Part shown: positions 51,194 to 64,000 of the stretch, piece after piece
Layout of the letters: every line of letters begins with the position of its first letter
Numbering within the stretch: the first letter of the stretch is position 1
DNA from: Antedon mediterranea
Taxonomy: Eukaryota; Animalia; Echinodermata
Direction of reading: 5' to 3'
Length of the DNA stretch: 64,000 nucleotides
Assembly (NCBI RefSeq): GCF_964355755.1
Contig: NC_092678.1
Coordinates: 20,911,365-20,975,364, forward strand
Made by a program: the position numbers and the translations under genes
Notes under the pieces: model-generated
Seen by the model: only the letters and a program-made list of their open reading frames with translations
Databases searched by the model: none
Told to the model about the DNA's origin: nothing

Positions 51194-52846
51194 TTAAAAA
51201 TCATCAAACCTCTTGGGTTTTCTCTTCTCTCTTACTGGTCTACTTTTAACTATCATATTTTCATTACTCTTTGTTATTTTGTCACTTTGCTCAGTATCAA
51301 CTGGCTTATTCTGTTCAGTGTTATCAATCTTACTGTTACCATTAACTTTACTAGTATCAATTTGTTTTAAATTATCATTTGGTGTTTTAACATTTGCTTC
51401 ATTTACTCTTTCATTATAGGATCGAACATGTGTCGAATTCCTTTTGTATCTTACACCCTGTGGTGATTCAATCACTACACTATTCCCTTTTTTCTCTATT
51501 ACTACATATGGTTCTGTGTGATATGGCGTACTCATCTTGTCCCTCTGTGTCACTTTCACTAAAACCTTATCTCCTTTACACACATCACTTTCCTTCGCAC
51601 CTCTCTTCTCATCAATGTACAGTTTGTTCTTTAATTTAGACACGGCATCACGATCAGAAATCTCTTCGTCCATTATTGTATTGTCATCTAATTCTGGCAA
51701 TTTTGTACGCAACTTTCTATGCCACATCATTTCTGCTGGTGTCACTCCGGTAACACTATGTGGGGTTGTACGATATGCGAATAGGTACACTCGTAATTCT
51801 TTTTTCCAGTCTTTTCCTTCAGCTTGCGCAATGCGAATTCTTTTCATTAGTGATCTATTTTGTCGTTCAACCTCTCCGTTTGCAGCTGGATGTAATGGTG
51901 TTACACGTCTATGTCTGATTCCATTTTCCTTCAGGTAGGTTTCAAACTCATTGGACACAAACTGGGCACCATTATCTGAGGTAATTGATTTTGGTATGCC
52001 ATGTTGAACAAACATTTTTTCAAGTGTGTCTATAATTTTCTCACTTGTGATTGTCTTCATTAAACTAATTTCATAATAACGACTATAATAGTCTACCACC
52101 ACTAGTAAATTATCCTTCGATGGAAACGGTCCCAGCAAGTCAATCGAAATATCTTGCCATGGTCCTGTTGGTAGTTGTGTTGGCTTCAATGGTTCTGGTG
52201 CTGGCATCGAACCTGTTATCTGACACTCATGACATGTTTTAACATAGTCTTCCACATTCTTCTCCATCCCAGGCCACCATACCTTGGTTCTAAGCCTTTG
52301 CTTGGTTTTGACTATCCCCAAGTGTCCTTGGTGTGCTAATTCAATAGACTGAAATCTATATTTTTTTGGAATTACAATCCTTCTGTTTCTAAGAATTAAA
52401 TATCCAAAACATGCAAGTTCTTGTTGTATTGCATTATACTGAATCAAGTCTCTGTCCCATTTATCTGTCCGTATACTATTTCTCACTTTACTCAATTCAG
52501 GATCTTCCTTTGATGCCTCTTCAACTTCACGTGATGATAGTGCACATGGGGTTGCATTTGATGCTACCAATCGAATATACATCTCTGTGTCATCACTATC
52601 ATTATTCTGTTTGCCATCAGTTTCTATTGGTAACCTTGATAATATATCAGCAATGTTATTCTTACCAGGTACATACTTTACTGTATAAGAATAGGACATA
52701 AGTCTCATCACCCACCTTTCAATCCGTGCATTTGGTTTAGACTTTGGTCCATACAGGCCTTCGAGTGGTTTATGGTCAGTTATCAATTCAAACTGTAGTC
52801 CATATAAGTAAACATGAAACCTTTCCATAGCCCATACCACTGCCAA
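51194..52846 (-). CDS. Gypsy pol: RNase H end + integrase
   Basis: TDHKPL, HQGHLGI..WWPGM..CHEC, VVVDYYSRY, SDNGAQF, NGEVERQN. Confidence 0.9.
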   Translation of the reverse strand: MAVVWAMERFHVYLYGLQFELITDHKPLEGLYGPKSKPNARIERWVMRLMSYSYTVKYVPGKNNIADILSRLPIETDGKQNNDSDDTEMYIRLVASNATPCALSSREVEEASKEDPELSKVRNSIRTDKWDRDLIQYNAIQQELACFGYLILRNRRIVIPKKYRFQSIELAHQGHLGIVKTKQRLRTKVWWPGMEKNVEDYVKTCHECQITGSMPAPEPLKPTQLPTGPWQDISIDLLGPFPSKDNLLVVVDYYSRYYEISLMKTITSEKIIDTLEKMFVQHGIPKSITSDNGAQFVSNEFETYLKENGIRHRRVTPLHPAANGEVERQNRSLMKRIRIAQAEGKDWKKELRVYLFAYRTTPHSVTGVTPAEMMWHRKLRTKLPELDDNTIMDEEISDRDAVSKLKNKLYIDEKRGAKESDVCKGDKVLVKVTQRDKMSTPYHTEPYVVIEKKGNSVVIESPQGVRYKRNSTHVRSYNERVNEANVKTPNDNLKQIDTSKVNGNSKIDNTEQNKPVDTEQSDKITKSNENMIVKSRPVREKRKPKRFDDF

Positions 52847-52929
52847 TATGCCTCTTTCTCCGTTGTTGAATATTTCTTTTCAGTAGCTGATAATGTTCGG
52901 CTTGCATAACTTATAACTCTGGTTTCACC

Positions 52930-54851
52930 GTATCCGGATATTCACCCCCTGGACATTTACCCCCCGGAAAACTACCCCCGGACAACCACCACCTGGACCA
53001 CTACCTCCTTAGGACAACTACCCCTTTAGGACAACTACCCCACGGACAAATACCCCCTTAGGACAACTACCCCCTTAGGACAACTACCCCCCTGGACAAC
53101 TACCCCCTGGACAATTACCCCCTAGGAACAATTACCCCCGGACAATTACCCCCCCCCCCCCCTCCCCCGGTAATTACCCCGCGGACAACTACCTCTGACA
53201 TAATACTCCCCGTAGGACAACTTCCTGGACAATACTCCGAGGGCAAATAATCTTTTAGGACAACTACCTCCGTAGGACAACTAACCCCTGGACAACTACC
53301 CCCGGACAATTACCCCCTAGGAATAATTACCCCCTAGGAACAATTACCCCCGGAGAATTACCCCCCCCCCCCGGGTAATTATCCCGCGGACAACTGCCTC
53401 TGACACAATACAACTACCTCCTGGACCTGGACAATACTCCGAGTGCAAATAATCTTTTAGGACAACTACCTCCGTAGGAAAACTAACCCCTGGACAACTA
53501 CCACCCAGAAAACTATCCCTTTAGAACAACTACCCCCCGGACGGATAACTACCACCCAGACCATTCAACAACCTGACTCTGCAACAGCGTATAATAGGAA
53601 TTAATAACTATATTTTAATTCGTTACTTTGACGAATTACTATTCATTATTGTAAACAAAAGTAAAAGATTGAACATAAATATAGCCTGGTATAAACTGAA
53701 GATTGTCACACATGATCATAGGATAGTCGAACGTATTATATAGTACTCCCTGTATTTACTGTAAAGACTGGGTTCGCTAATAATAATAATAATGTTTGCG
53801 TCAGGACAATGCTTCGATAACCACTGGTCTTAAAAGAATTAATTTTTGTCTCAAATTTGTCATTTGTATTTTTGTACACTTGAAGAATAATATCACTTTT
53901 GATATTTGACCTCAATGTTCACTCACCGAATAAACGGCGATCTTTAAATAAATTCCCTCAAATAAACGGTGACCATGTCTATTTCCATTAGATTATACCA
54001 CCTCCCATTGAATAAACAACTTTCTTCCAATAAATGTCCACCTAAAAACCACCTAAACAATAAACAGCCCAGGCCGTTTTTTTAATAAATACGGTACTTT
54101 AAATCTAGCACATCGAGGGTCTAGCGTGCTGTTAAACAGAATAATCGGTTAAAAACGGGTGTTTCGAAACTAGAGTCCCGAGACCTTTTATACGAAAAGG
54201 GAGACCCACGTACGAAAAGGGAGACCCCACTATACTAAAAGGGAGACCCCACTATACGAAAAGGGAGACCCTAATATACGAAAAGGGAGACCTAAATATA
54301 CGAAAAGGGAGACCAAATATACGAAATGGGAGACCCACTATAAGAAAAGGAAGACCCCACTATACGAAAAGAGAGACCCCACTATACGAAAAGGGAGACC
54401 CTAATATACGAAAAGGGAGACCCAAATATAGGTATCCCTTTTCGTATTGGGTCTCGTGTCAGGTCTCTGGTCTCGGGTCTCTAGTTTCGAAACACCCGTT
54501 AAAAACAGATGATTTCATTTTAACAGAAACCGGTCCTATATATTTGTCTACTTTTGGATTTGGGGGGGGGGGGGGGGTGGGGGTAGTTGACCGGGGGGTA
54601 GTTGACCGGGGGGTAGTTATCCTAAGGGGGTAGTTGTCCTAAGGGGGTAGTTGTCCTAAGGGGGTGGTTGTCCTAAGGGGGTGGTTGTCCGGGGGGTAGT
54701 TGTCCGGGGGGTTGTTATCCTAAGGGGGTAGTTGTCCTAAGGGGTAGTTGTCCGGGGGGTAGTTGTCCGGGGGGTAGTTGTCATAAGGGGGTAGTTGTCC
54801 GGGTGGTAAACATCCGGGGGTAATTGTCTAGGGGGTAGGTGTCCTAGAACC
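52930..54851. mobile_element. Foldback-type non-autonomous DNA transposon (MULE-like) with GGACAACTACCCCC-repeat arms, inserted in Gypsy RNase H
   Basis: Direct repeat GGTTTCACC at 52921-52929 and 54852-54860; C-rich left arm (52930-53560) is inverted relative to the G-rich right arm (54575-54851). Confidence 0.85.
54157..54497. mobile_element. MITE with 9-bp TSD (GTTAAAAAC) and an internal ~21-bp minisatellite
   Basis: TIRs gggtgtttcgaaactagag / ctctagtttcgaaacaccc; internal (tatacgaaaagggagaccc..)n. Confidence 0.88.
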
Positions 54852-57140
54852 GGTTTCACCATTGTATTTCTGAATTAAAACTCCACCAATGCCTACATTG
54901 CTTGCATCTTTCACCAACTGAGTACTTTCTGCATCTAATCTGAAATAGCCTAAACATGTTTCATTAGTTAAGCATTTCGTAAGTTTTACATAACTATTTT
55001 CTTGTTCAGACCCCCAATAGAAATTACAATCTTTTCGCACTAGTCGTCTTAAGGGTTCCGCAACTGTAGCTAAATTTGGAATGTATCGTGCTGAGAAGTT
55101 AACTAGACCTAAGAAACTTTTTACTTCTGCAGCTGTTTTTGGTCTCTTTGATTCTGCCAATGCTCTGACTCGCCCAATTGTAGGTTTGATTCCATTTGCT
55201 GACAATATGTGACCCATGAATGTTATCTGTGATACAGAAAATTGACACTTATCCCTGTTGAGAGTCAAATTCTTCTCTTTAAATTTCTCAAGCACTACAC
55301 GAAGTCTGTCATCATGTTCAGTCTGTGTTCTCCCGTGTACAACAATGTCATCTGATATGTTAGCTACACCTTCGCATCCACTCAGCGTCTGACTGATTAC
55401 TCTTTGGTACTTTTCAGGGTCAGCATTTATCCCGAACATCAACCTTTTGTAGCGATAAAGACCTTTGTTAGTTATGAAAGTTGTGATGTTTCGTGATTGC
55501 TCATCTAATTCAATTTGGTGATGTCTAATTTAGAGAACACTGTACTTTGATTCATTTCATACAACACTTCGTCAACTGTTGGGATTGGATGCCTCTCCCT
55601 TTTAACTGCTCGGTTGGCCTCCCTCATATCTACGCAGAGGCGTATATCCCCATTTGGTTTTGGCACTACTATGACTGGACTTACCCAATCACTTGGTTCG
55701 TCTACCCTTTCAATTATGTCAAGAGATTCTAACTCATCTAATTTATCACTCACTTTATCTTTGAGACTAAACGGTATTCTATACATGCTCTGAACAACTG
55801 GTGTTACCTGTTCATCAATAAATAAATGTAACTTATAATCTTTTAATTTACCAATACCTTCAAATACCTGTGTATACTTATCTTGTACACTATTTATCAC
55901 TTGTGGTATTACAATATTTAACACTCCAAGCTTCATTGCCGTATCACCTCCCAACAAAGCAGGGCCTTTCTCTTTTAACACATATACATCTGCTGTTATT
56001 TTAGGCTCAGTATTATTACCTGTACCTTGAAAAATTGACATGTTCGTAGTAAATTTTCCTAACAACTCTAATGGTTTTTCTGACCCATATGCATATAACT
56101 TTCTGTTTGTCAACTCAGATTTGCATTTAATTTTCTTGGATTTTAACTGTTGCCATAAATACTGATCTATGATATTAACTGTAGCACCACTATCAACAAT
56201 CATTTCTACCTTATGTACATCCATACAAACATTTATCTTTGTAGTTTTAGAATTATTATTTTGTATACCAAAAGCATAGTCATCGTCTTCACTTCCATTT
56301 TGAACATTACTAATACCACTACTCTTTTTGTCTTTACCTAATTTAGTTTTGCAACAAATAGCAAAATGTCCCAAAATTTTACATTTATTACATTTCTTGT
56401 CTCTTGCAGGACAACATTTATCCTTAGCCAAATGTCCTTCTCTTCCACAGCGAAAACATTTCCGGTTATCTTGTCTATCATTGAACTTTGACTTACTTGT
56501 TCTGTTAGGCCTACCACTTGAATTTCCAGCTTGGTACCTGTTTCTGCTCATCGTGCTTGATCTTGACCATCTCTCATTCCTCACTGCATTCATGTTTGTT
56601 GTTGTTTCCACTCCATTAACTTCTTGTGACATCTTCTTTGCTTGCTTCTCACTCATTTCAAATGTGCTAGCTATTGCTTTTAAATTTCAAAGTATTTCCT
56701 TTTTCTAGCAATTTTAGTCTCAGTCTATTTGATTTGCATTTTTCAATAACATGGTCTCTAATTAACTCATCAACATTCGCATCATCAAATTCACATTTTG
56801 CAGCCTGCTGCCTCAATCTGTTTATAAATTGGTGAATAGTTTCGTCATCACCTTGCGTCAGTTTTCTAAAACAACGCTCATACGGTACGTTGGTTTTCAT
56901 AGCAAATTGTTTATTTAATGTGTTTACAACAACATCATACTCCTCTGTTCCGTTCTCCTCTGTTAAACAGTCATATATGTCCTGTACAGCCATTCCGGCG
57001 CAATGCAATAACAAAGCTTTCTTTTGATTTTTGTCTACTACTCCTTTACCAGTAGCATATAATTCAAAACTGCGAAGCCATTTCTTCCACCGTTCAGCCG
57101 AAGCGTGCACATCGTTTTCAACGTTCACAGCGGTCATCGT
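54852..57140 (-). pseudogene. Gypsy gag-protease-RT region, frameshifted
   Basis: ORFs 56667-57194 (gag), 55505-56656 (CCHC, DSGA, RLCVDMR) and 54828-55442 (MFGI, ISDDI, SFLGLVNF, DASNVGIG). Confidence 0.88.
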
Positions 57141-57733
57141 TACAACAGTATTAAAATAAATATATCGCCAAAAATTACAGTATTGAAACTTCAAATCACT
57201 TGTGGTTCGATATTCTGCTTAACTCGTCGCCAATGTTATATCTTATGTGTATTTATTGCATCTTTCATTGTGTGTGCAACGTACTGTATACATACAGATT
57301 ACCAACCATGTGGTTATATCGATCTCCCTTAACCCATAATGCCTTGCTTTCCCCTAGTCTCCCAATCCAGACACTACAGGTACTGTATACTTAATATGTA
57401 CACAGTATGTATACCTAATATGCACACAGTATATTATATCTTAATATTTAAAATGGCGGACGGAAAAGACTGGACTAGTTCACCGACATTGTCTTGCAAT
57501 CAATAATATAATAATTAATATAGATTTTATTATGTGAAATGGGCCGGAGGCCATTGTTTATTGAAATAAAATAGAGAAAAGAAAGATTTGCAGTATATTT
57601 AAATTCCAATATAAGGATATAAACAACATTTGCACCGTTCACAGCTTGACGACGATTGTGAAGGATAGTTTAGACATTTGTTAGTGTTATTTTATTAGAT
57701 CGAATTATTATTCTACCCCATGAGTTTGATATT

Positions 57734-60700
57734 TAGTCCAGGGGCTTATGTCATTTTGTAGGCTTTTGATGTTAATTGTCGGCACCAACGTTTTTCTGAC
57801 TCAGAATTTTCCTCTGAACAAGAAAAACTTTGGTGCCCTTTTTTTCGACCATGGCAAGTGGCCGCCATTTTGATTTTCAAGATGGCGGACTAACTTTAAC
57901 AAAACTGATCATGTGTGGTATCATTGGAAAGGGAATACAATACTGATCATTTATTGCCATTACACCCATACCCCAAAATGCATAGCAACAAAGATAATCG
58001 CAATTACATTATGTCATGTGATCAAAATGAGGTCAAAGGTCAAATTTCGACCACTTATGAATACCATTGTGTTTGGTATCGACGGAAAGCTTTTTTTATA
58101 CTTAGTACAGCTGTACATATAGTTTTTACATTCATCACACCATTTTCTAGAAATTTTAAATTTTGTCTATAAATAATATAGCTAACAACTTATTTCAAGT
58201 TTAAAATAAGTGAGTTTATTACTGTAACGATATGTTAAGCCTTACAACCTATGTTTTTTCGACCTAATTTAAGGTCACAAACTACATTTTATGTAAAAAT
58301 AAATACTATATGATCCTATTTCGATAACTTTTATCGTTTTTAAACTGTTCAAAATGTGAAAAATATGTTGATTCTAATAATTTAATCGGCCCGATGTAAA
58401 TCCCACAAGGCATCGTGCGAGGATTGATATTTTCATGTTGATATGGATGCACGACCAGTTTCGGTCGGCCATCATGAAAACAAATAAGAGAACCATAAAC
58501 TTTTTATATGTAAATTGACAGACCGCAGCGTACAATTAACCAGCAGTCAACAATACCGCGCACAGATATATATGTAGATAATTATGTTTGTGAACATGCT
58601 CAGAATGAATTTCTGACTGTTTAGATTGCTTGTGCATCATGCGAAGGTATATCTTCATTTCCCATGTCCGTAATATTGGGCCAAAATTCCGTAATAATTA
58701 TGGACGTTCCCAACTTTGAAATAACAGTGTTAAACAGTGTTAATGCTTCAACTCCCTTTTTAAATGCAATATTTTATTATTTCTTTCTCTCAAAATTAGT
58801 CGACCAAACTCTCGCAACACCGACTTATTTTCTCTTGCCTGTTGTCGAGTCAACGTAACCAAAAATGGTTTCATTCAAAGATTATCAGAGCTTTTTAATT
58901 CAATTTCTATAAGGATAAAACTATCGATATTTTGTTGACACTTTGTCTAAATTTAGGTCTAAAATTCTTAAATCGATTTAAGTTTGCCATTTTGTATGTT
59001 TCATGTTTTGTATTTTTATGTGCTTTTAATTCTATATTTATATCTAAAGAGTTTTAATGCATCCTGTAATTGGCGATTTTTCGCGGTTTGGATGTGAAAT
59101 AAAATAAATAAAATAAAATTGCTTTTTTCTGCAAATTTCGATATTTTTTTTCTGGAGTGTGGTTTAAGCAACACTGTTGTACAGTTTATAGTGGATAAAT
59201 GAAATTTATTTTTGGAAATTGTGGTTTTATTGACTTATTTAGCATTTTTTCCAAAATATTTTTATCTACCGTAACTTGTTTTTATTCCATAGTCGCGTAG
59301 TGTGTGTTACCGGCAGAAAAAAATATGCGGTATACGATCAGTATTGCTGTTTGCTACTGTAGCCCGATATAGTTTAACAAAATTAAATTAATATGTGAAA
59401 ACACTGACCCATCTACCGCCTCTGATTCAGAGGAAAGCGATGTTGAAATTTGACTAGGTTAGCTAAGTGTACCCAATACACAATATTGAATGTCAGTTTG
59501 GACATGGTCACGTCAGATATGGAAATGTTATTATCTTGAATTGAAAGATAATGTTATTATCTTGGTATATTTTATATATCCACTGGTAGTTCTGAAGTAC
59601 TATTAGGGGCGGTAGCAGGACCATTTGAATTGGGTTGCCCAAGAATCCAGGGCTGTCGGTACTGAGCATATGCGCCACAGGCCCCCATGGTTAAATGACA
59701 CCCCTAGCATGGTACTCTCACACGTAAAATTCACGATAAATGGCAGCTCTAGTTCACCGCCGGAAATGACACTCGATATCGGGCTACAGTAGCAAACAGC
59801 AATACTGATCGTATACCGCATATTTTTTTCCGCCGGTAACACACACTACGCGACTATAGTATAAAACAAGTTAGATAAAAAATATTTTGAAATAAATGCT
59901 AAATAAGTCAGTAAAACCACAATTTCCAAAAATAAATTTCATTTATCTACTATAAACTGTACAACAGTGTTACTTAAACCACACTCCAGAAAGAAAGAAG
60001 CAATTTTAACACTGTTATTTCAAAGTTCGGAACGTCCATAATTATTACGGAATTTTGGTCCAATATTACGGGCATGGGAAATGAAGATATACAGTACCTT
60101 CGCATGATGCACAAGCATTCTACTAAACAGTCAGAAATTCATTCTGAGCATGTTCACAAACATAATTATCTACATAATATGTGCGCGGTATTGTTGACTG
60201 CTGGTCAATTTTACGCTGCGGTCTGTCAATTTACATATAGGCTCTTATATATGATGAAATGGCAAAAAACATTTAGTATGAAATTAAGGGTGTTGCAACA
60301 CCCTGTGTCCGCCCCTGACTATACATGGTGGCATACTGTATAGGCTTCATTTATACAATACATCTGATAGTCATTTTGTATGTTAAATCCCCAAAACCTG
60401 CAATTGTTGTCGTTTTGTAAAAATAATGTATATATATAATTTTAAAAACAATAAACCAGGTCATGTCTTGTCTTAAATGTACGTTCTAAGGTTAATTAAG
60501 ATTAAAAGATAACGGTAACGTACGAACATCGTACGCTTGCTATATGCTTATCATGACGTTGTCTCATTGCTGAAATAATTTTCTTTCCTTTTTTGGCAGA
60601 TGAGCTTTGCCCCGTTGTTAAATTCGCTGATGACACTAGTACTATTGGTCTCATAGTTTCAAACAATGATGAAAATTATCGTAGCGAAATACAAAGATTT

Positions 60701-62276
60701 GTTAAATTTTGTGACGATAATTATCTCCAAATAAATGCATCAAAAACAAAGGAGATGATCATTGATTTTAGGACTAAACATAAATTTAATTTTCAACCAA
60801 TCACTATCAAAGGTAAAGAAATTGAAATTGTTGACCAGTACAAGTATCTAGGAATTGTTTTCAATGATAAACTGAGTTGGGGAGACCATATAGACTTCAT
60901 CAGCAAAAAATTAAGTCCCAGAATGTATTGTATGAGAACTTTATATAAATTTAACTCCTGTGATTTGATGTTACTTTCATTCTATAGATCCGTTATATGT
61001 AGTGTTTGGACGTATTGCCTCTCCTGTTGGGCTGGTAATGTTACCGGAGGGAATAAAGGACGCCTTGAAACTTTCATCCGTCGGGCTGGTAAAATGATTG
61101 GTCTGGAACTGCCTTCCTTTACCGATGTGCACCTAGAACACCTCCAGAAAGATTTCGAACGCATTGAGTCGGATGCCTCTCATCCTCTCCACAAAGTGAT
61201 CATAGACCAACTTAATCCAAGTGGTAGATTGAGGCTCCTCAGTGTGAAAACAAATCGATTTGCTAAATCCTTTATTCCCTCCGGTATCATCCAGTACAAC
61301 AGGAAGTAAAGAAGATAATTTTATATTGTAATTTTTTAGATGTTTTTATATGAATGGTTTTATGCTATATTTGTTTTTATAGTGTTTTCTTTGTTATTAT
61401 GACGAGCAATGAATTTCCTTTTGGAGGATCAATAAAAGTTATCTTATCTTATCTTATCTTATCTTATCCGTTAATACAAATTGAGGCAGACCTGGTATTT
61501 TCGCCAAAAAGTTATGGTTCTGTTATTTGTTTTGACGATCACCGACCGAAACTGGCCGTGCATCCATATCAACACGAAAATATCAATGCCTTGTGAGATT
61601 TAGCGGGTCGATTAAATTATTATTATTAGAATCAACTTATTTTTCACATTTTGAACAGTTTAAAGACGAAAAAAGTTATCGAAATAGGATCATATAGTAT
61701 TTATTTTTACATAAAATGTAGTTTGTGACCTTAAATTAGGTCGAAAACACTTAGGTCGTAGGGCTTTAACACATTGTTACAGTAATAAACTAACTTATTT
61801 TAAACTTGAAATAAGGTGTATAGCTATTTATATACAAAATTTAAACTTTCTAGAAAATGGTGTGATGAATGTAAAAACTATATGTACAGCTGTACTAAGT
61901 ATAAAAAAAGCTTTCCGTTGATACCAAACACAATGGTATTTATAAGTTGTCGAAATTTGACCTTTGACCTCATTTTGGTCACATGACATAATGTAATTGC
62001 GATTATCTCTGTTGCTATGCATTTTGGGGTATGGGTGTAATGGAAATAAATGATCAGTATTTAATTCCCTTTCCAATGATACCAGTCGCGATCATTTTTG
62101 TTAAAGTTAGTCCGCCATCTTGAAAATCAAAATGGCGGCCACTTGCCATGGTCGAAAAAAATGGCACCAAAGTTTTTCTTGTTCAGCGAAAAATTCTGAG
62201 TCAGAAAAACGTTGGTGCCGACAATTAACATCAAAAGCCTACAAGTGCCTTTTTTTCGACATAAGCTCCTGGACTA
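57734..62276. mobile_element. 4.5-kb foldback DNA transposon with very long TIRs, TAG termini and 3-bp TSD (ATT); Academ-like, non-autonomous
   Basis: TAGTCCAGG.GCTTATGTC...GACATAAGCTCCTGGACTA; 57734-58470 inverts 61530-62276 and 58510-59350 inverts 59775-60240. The paralogous empty site tttgatATTggaaag is at 3412-3426. Confidence 0.9.
60595..61468 (+). mobile_element. 3' fragment of a non-LTR retrotransposon (Rex1/Babar or CR1/L2 group)
   Basis: KFADDT, NASKTKEMIIDFR, YKYLGI, HPLH, RFAKSFIP; AATAAA followed by a (TTATC)n tail at ~61431-61468. Confidence 0.88.
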
Positions 62277-62561
62277 ATTGGAAAGTTCAATCATCTTTAA
62301 GCAGTTTTAAAGCTCCAATAACAAATTATTCGACTGTTGAATGTATTTGACGCACATTTACTTTTATAGCACCATGTTATACACTATTCTACCCTATGCA
62401 ATTAACATCGGAATGTAAACACTAACCCTATGAAATTGACATCGGAAAGTTAAATTCAAAATCATTCGACTGGTAAATGTATTTTTTGCTTTCAACACTT
62501 CCTTATAGCACCCTGTTATGCTAATAATCATAGTATTTGTAATTGTCTATAAATGGGTTAT

Positions 62562-62589
62562 GGATTTCCAGTTTTTTTAAATATATAAA
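62562..62589 (+). promoter_or_regulatory. Putative core promoter of kinase gene 3
   Basis: ggatttcc...TATATAAA (62582-62589), paralogous to the kinase 1 promoter. Confidence 0.45.
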
Positions 62590-62687
62590 TAGGCTAGGTA
62601 GAACATTTGCATCGTCACTCACCGTCCACCTATTGAAGACGATTGATTGAGTGATCGGTTTTCAAGTTACTTTAATACTAACTCAAA

Positions 62688-63540
62688 ATGGATGGGCCAA
62701 ATCAGGATATTCTCATTCAACTCAATGAAATTGACTTTGGAGAGCACAGCATTGAGCTTGGAATAGGTTCAACTTCAGCTGTCTTTGAAGCCACACTAAC
62801 AACGGATAACAAAGAAACTAAAGTAGCCGTGAAGATGTATCAGAAGATCGAGTATAAAGAGGTTAACATTCTTAAAGATCTTGGTCACAAAAATATTATA
62901 AAATTCTACGGTCTACTTAACCATAGAATGAAATTTGGTATTGTCTTAGAATTAGCATCTGAAGGTAACTTGGGTCAGTTTTTAGCTAGATTTAGTCAGG
63001 AAAGTAAAGATGTTGGATTACCATCGCGATTACCGAAAAGGCAATTTGTTCAGTGGAGTATTGACCTCGCTTCTGCCGTTCAGTACTTGCATGAGAAGAA
63101 AATAATCCACAAAGACATCAAATCATCGAACTGTTTGTTAAGCGACGATCAGAAAAACGGGTTTAATGTACTTAAGTTATGTGATTTTGGGATTTCTAAA
63201 CAAGTAGAAACTACGATAATCGCAACTTCTGGAGGATGCACAAAACGCTGGTCTTCACCTGAAGTTATCGAATATCCAACGATGGTATCTAAAAAATCCG
63301 ATATGTTTTCATTGGGTGTTGTTAAGTGGGAATTATGGACCTGTGATCAACCATGGAAAGGCGTAGGAGAGTTTGAAATGTCAATGAATATAGTTAAAGG
63401 CATATTACTGGTGCTTCCTAAGGATTTTCCGGATGAATTGCGTCCCATGATGAAACAATGTTGGAAGAAAAAAAGAGAAGAACGTTGCGATATAGATGAA
63501 GTGCTGGATTACCTAGAAAACTTCAGAAATTCTATTAATG
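62688..63540 (+). CDS. Kinase 3 exon: TKL/MAP3K-like non-RD kinase domain; downstream exons unresolved
   Basis: LGIGSTSAV, VAVK, HKDIKSSN, DFG, RWSSPE, SDMFSLG; donor AATG|GTAAAT, phase 1. Confidence 0.92.
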
Positions 63541-64000
63541 GTAAATGATTTATTATTTTCTATTCGAAATATATATTAAATAATAGTATTACAACATGCA
63601 ATGGTTTATTCTTCATACTCTATCATGATTTACTGTTGAGAAAATTATCATTATTCTGTTATCTGCTGTTTTGATTACATCATATGTCAATGTCAAGTTA
63701 TTTATTTCTGACATCATTCACAAACTCCCCATTATTTTCTAGAATCCATGTGTCTTTTCAAAGTTTTGCTGTGTTACTTCTTAATAATATTGTGTTGAAT
63801 ATGTTGTGGATAGCTTAGGTACAATTGCTTAAGTATATTATGCTTTGTTTTTAGTTTCAGAAAGTGAGTAATTAAAAAAAATCAAATGGCCCAGGGACGA
63901 ATCACCGAAACGTCCAGGGCATAATAATAAGAAAATATCAGCTTTAAAAAAGAAAAGGTCTGGCTGCAATATTCCTATATTAGATGTGTAGACACGGTGC

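Larger units (their letters stand above)
50732..57378 (-). mobile_element. Gypsy (Mag-like) LTR retrotransposon, full length but disrupted
   Basis: 145-bp LTRs at 50732-50876 and 57234-57378 (3 mismatches by eye), 5-bp TSD GGTAC, PBS TGGCGACGAG (57223-57232, - strand), PPT at ~50877-50890. Gag with two CCHC knuckles, protease DSGA, RT, RNase H and HHCC/DDE integrase in Gypsy order; several frameshifts. Confidence 0.96.

Noticed and set aside
57913-62350. Short mirrored ORFs (57915-58172 and 61828-62076) as genes
   Set aside because: They are the two arms of the inverted repeat and have no protein motifs.
63861-64000. Second exon of kinase gene 3
   Set aside because: An acceptor is present but TAA follows after 3 codons and no domain is recognisable before the window ends.

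Overview
AT-rich, intron-containing animal (invertebrate-type) DNA with no prokaryotic features; the species cannot be fixed from the sequence alone. The window holds a tandem cluster of three paralogous TKL/MAP3K-like, non-RD (HKD) kinase genes on the + strand (ATGs at 3864, 34393, 62688). In each, the whole kinase domain is one first exon ending at an equivalent phase-1 GT donor. Manual splicing links kinase 1 in frame to a Roc GTPase-COR-death-death module (about 20 exons, to 29277). It links kinase 2 to an ephexin-like but doubled and degenerate DH-PH-DH-PH-SH3 module with a Tyr-motif tail (to 44917). The downstream exons of kinase 3 are not resolved in the window. The kinases are mosaics of one another, and the upstream regions of kinases 1 and 3 are segmental duplicates that serve as empty sites for each other's insertions. 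The rest is repeat-rich: a 24-bp minisatellite, a ~3.8-kb (CTA)n tract, two L1/Tx1-type LINEs, a Gypsy LTR element with two nested insertions, long-TIR elements with 3-bp TSDs, MITEs and Helentron-like elements. All exon joins were inferred by eye and need transcript confirmation.
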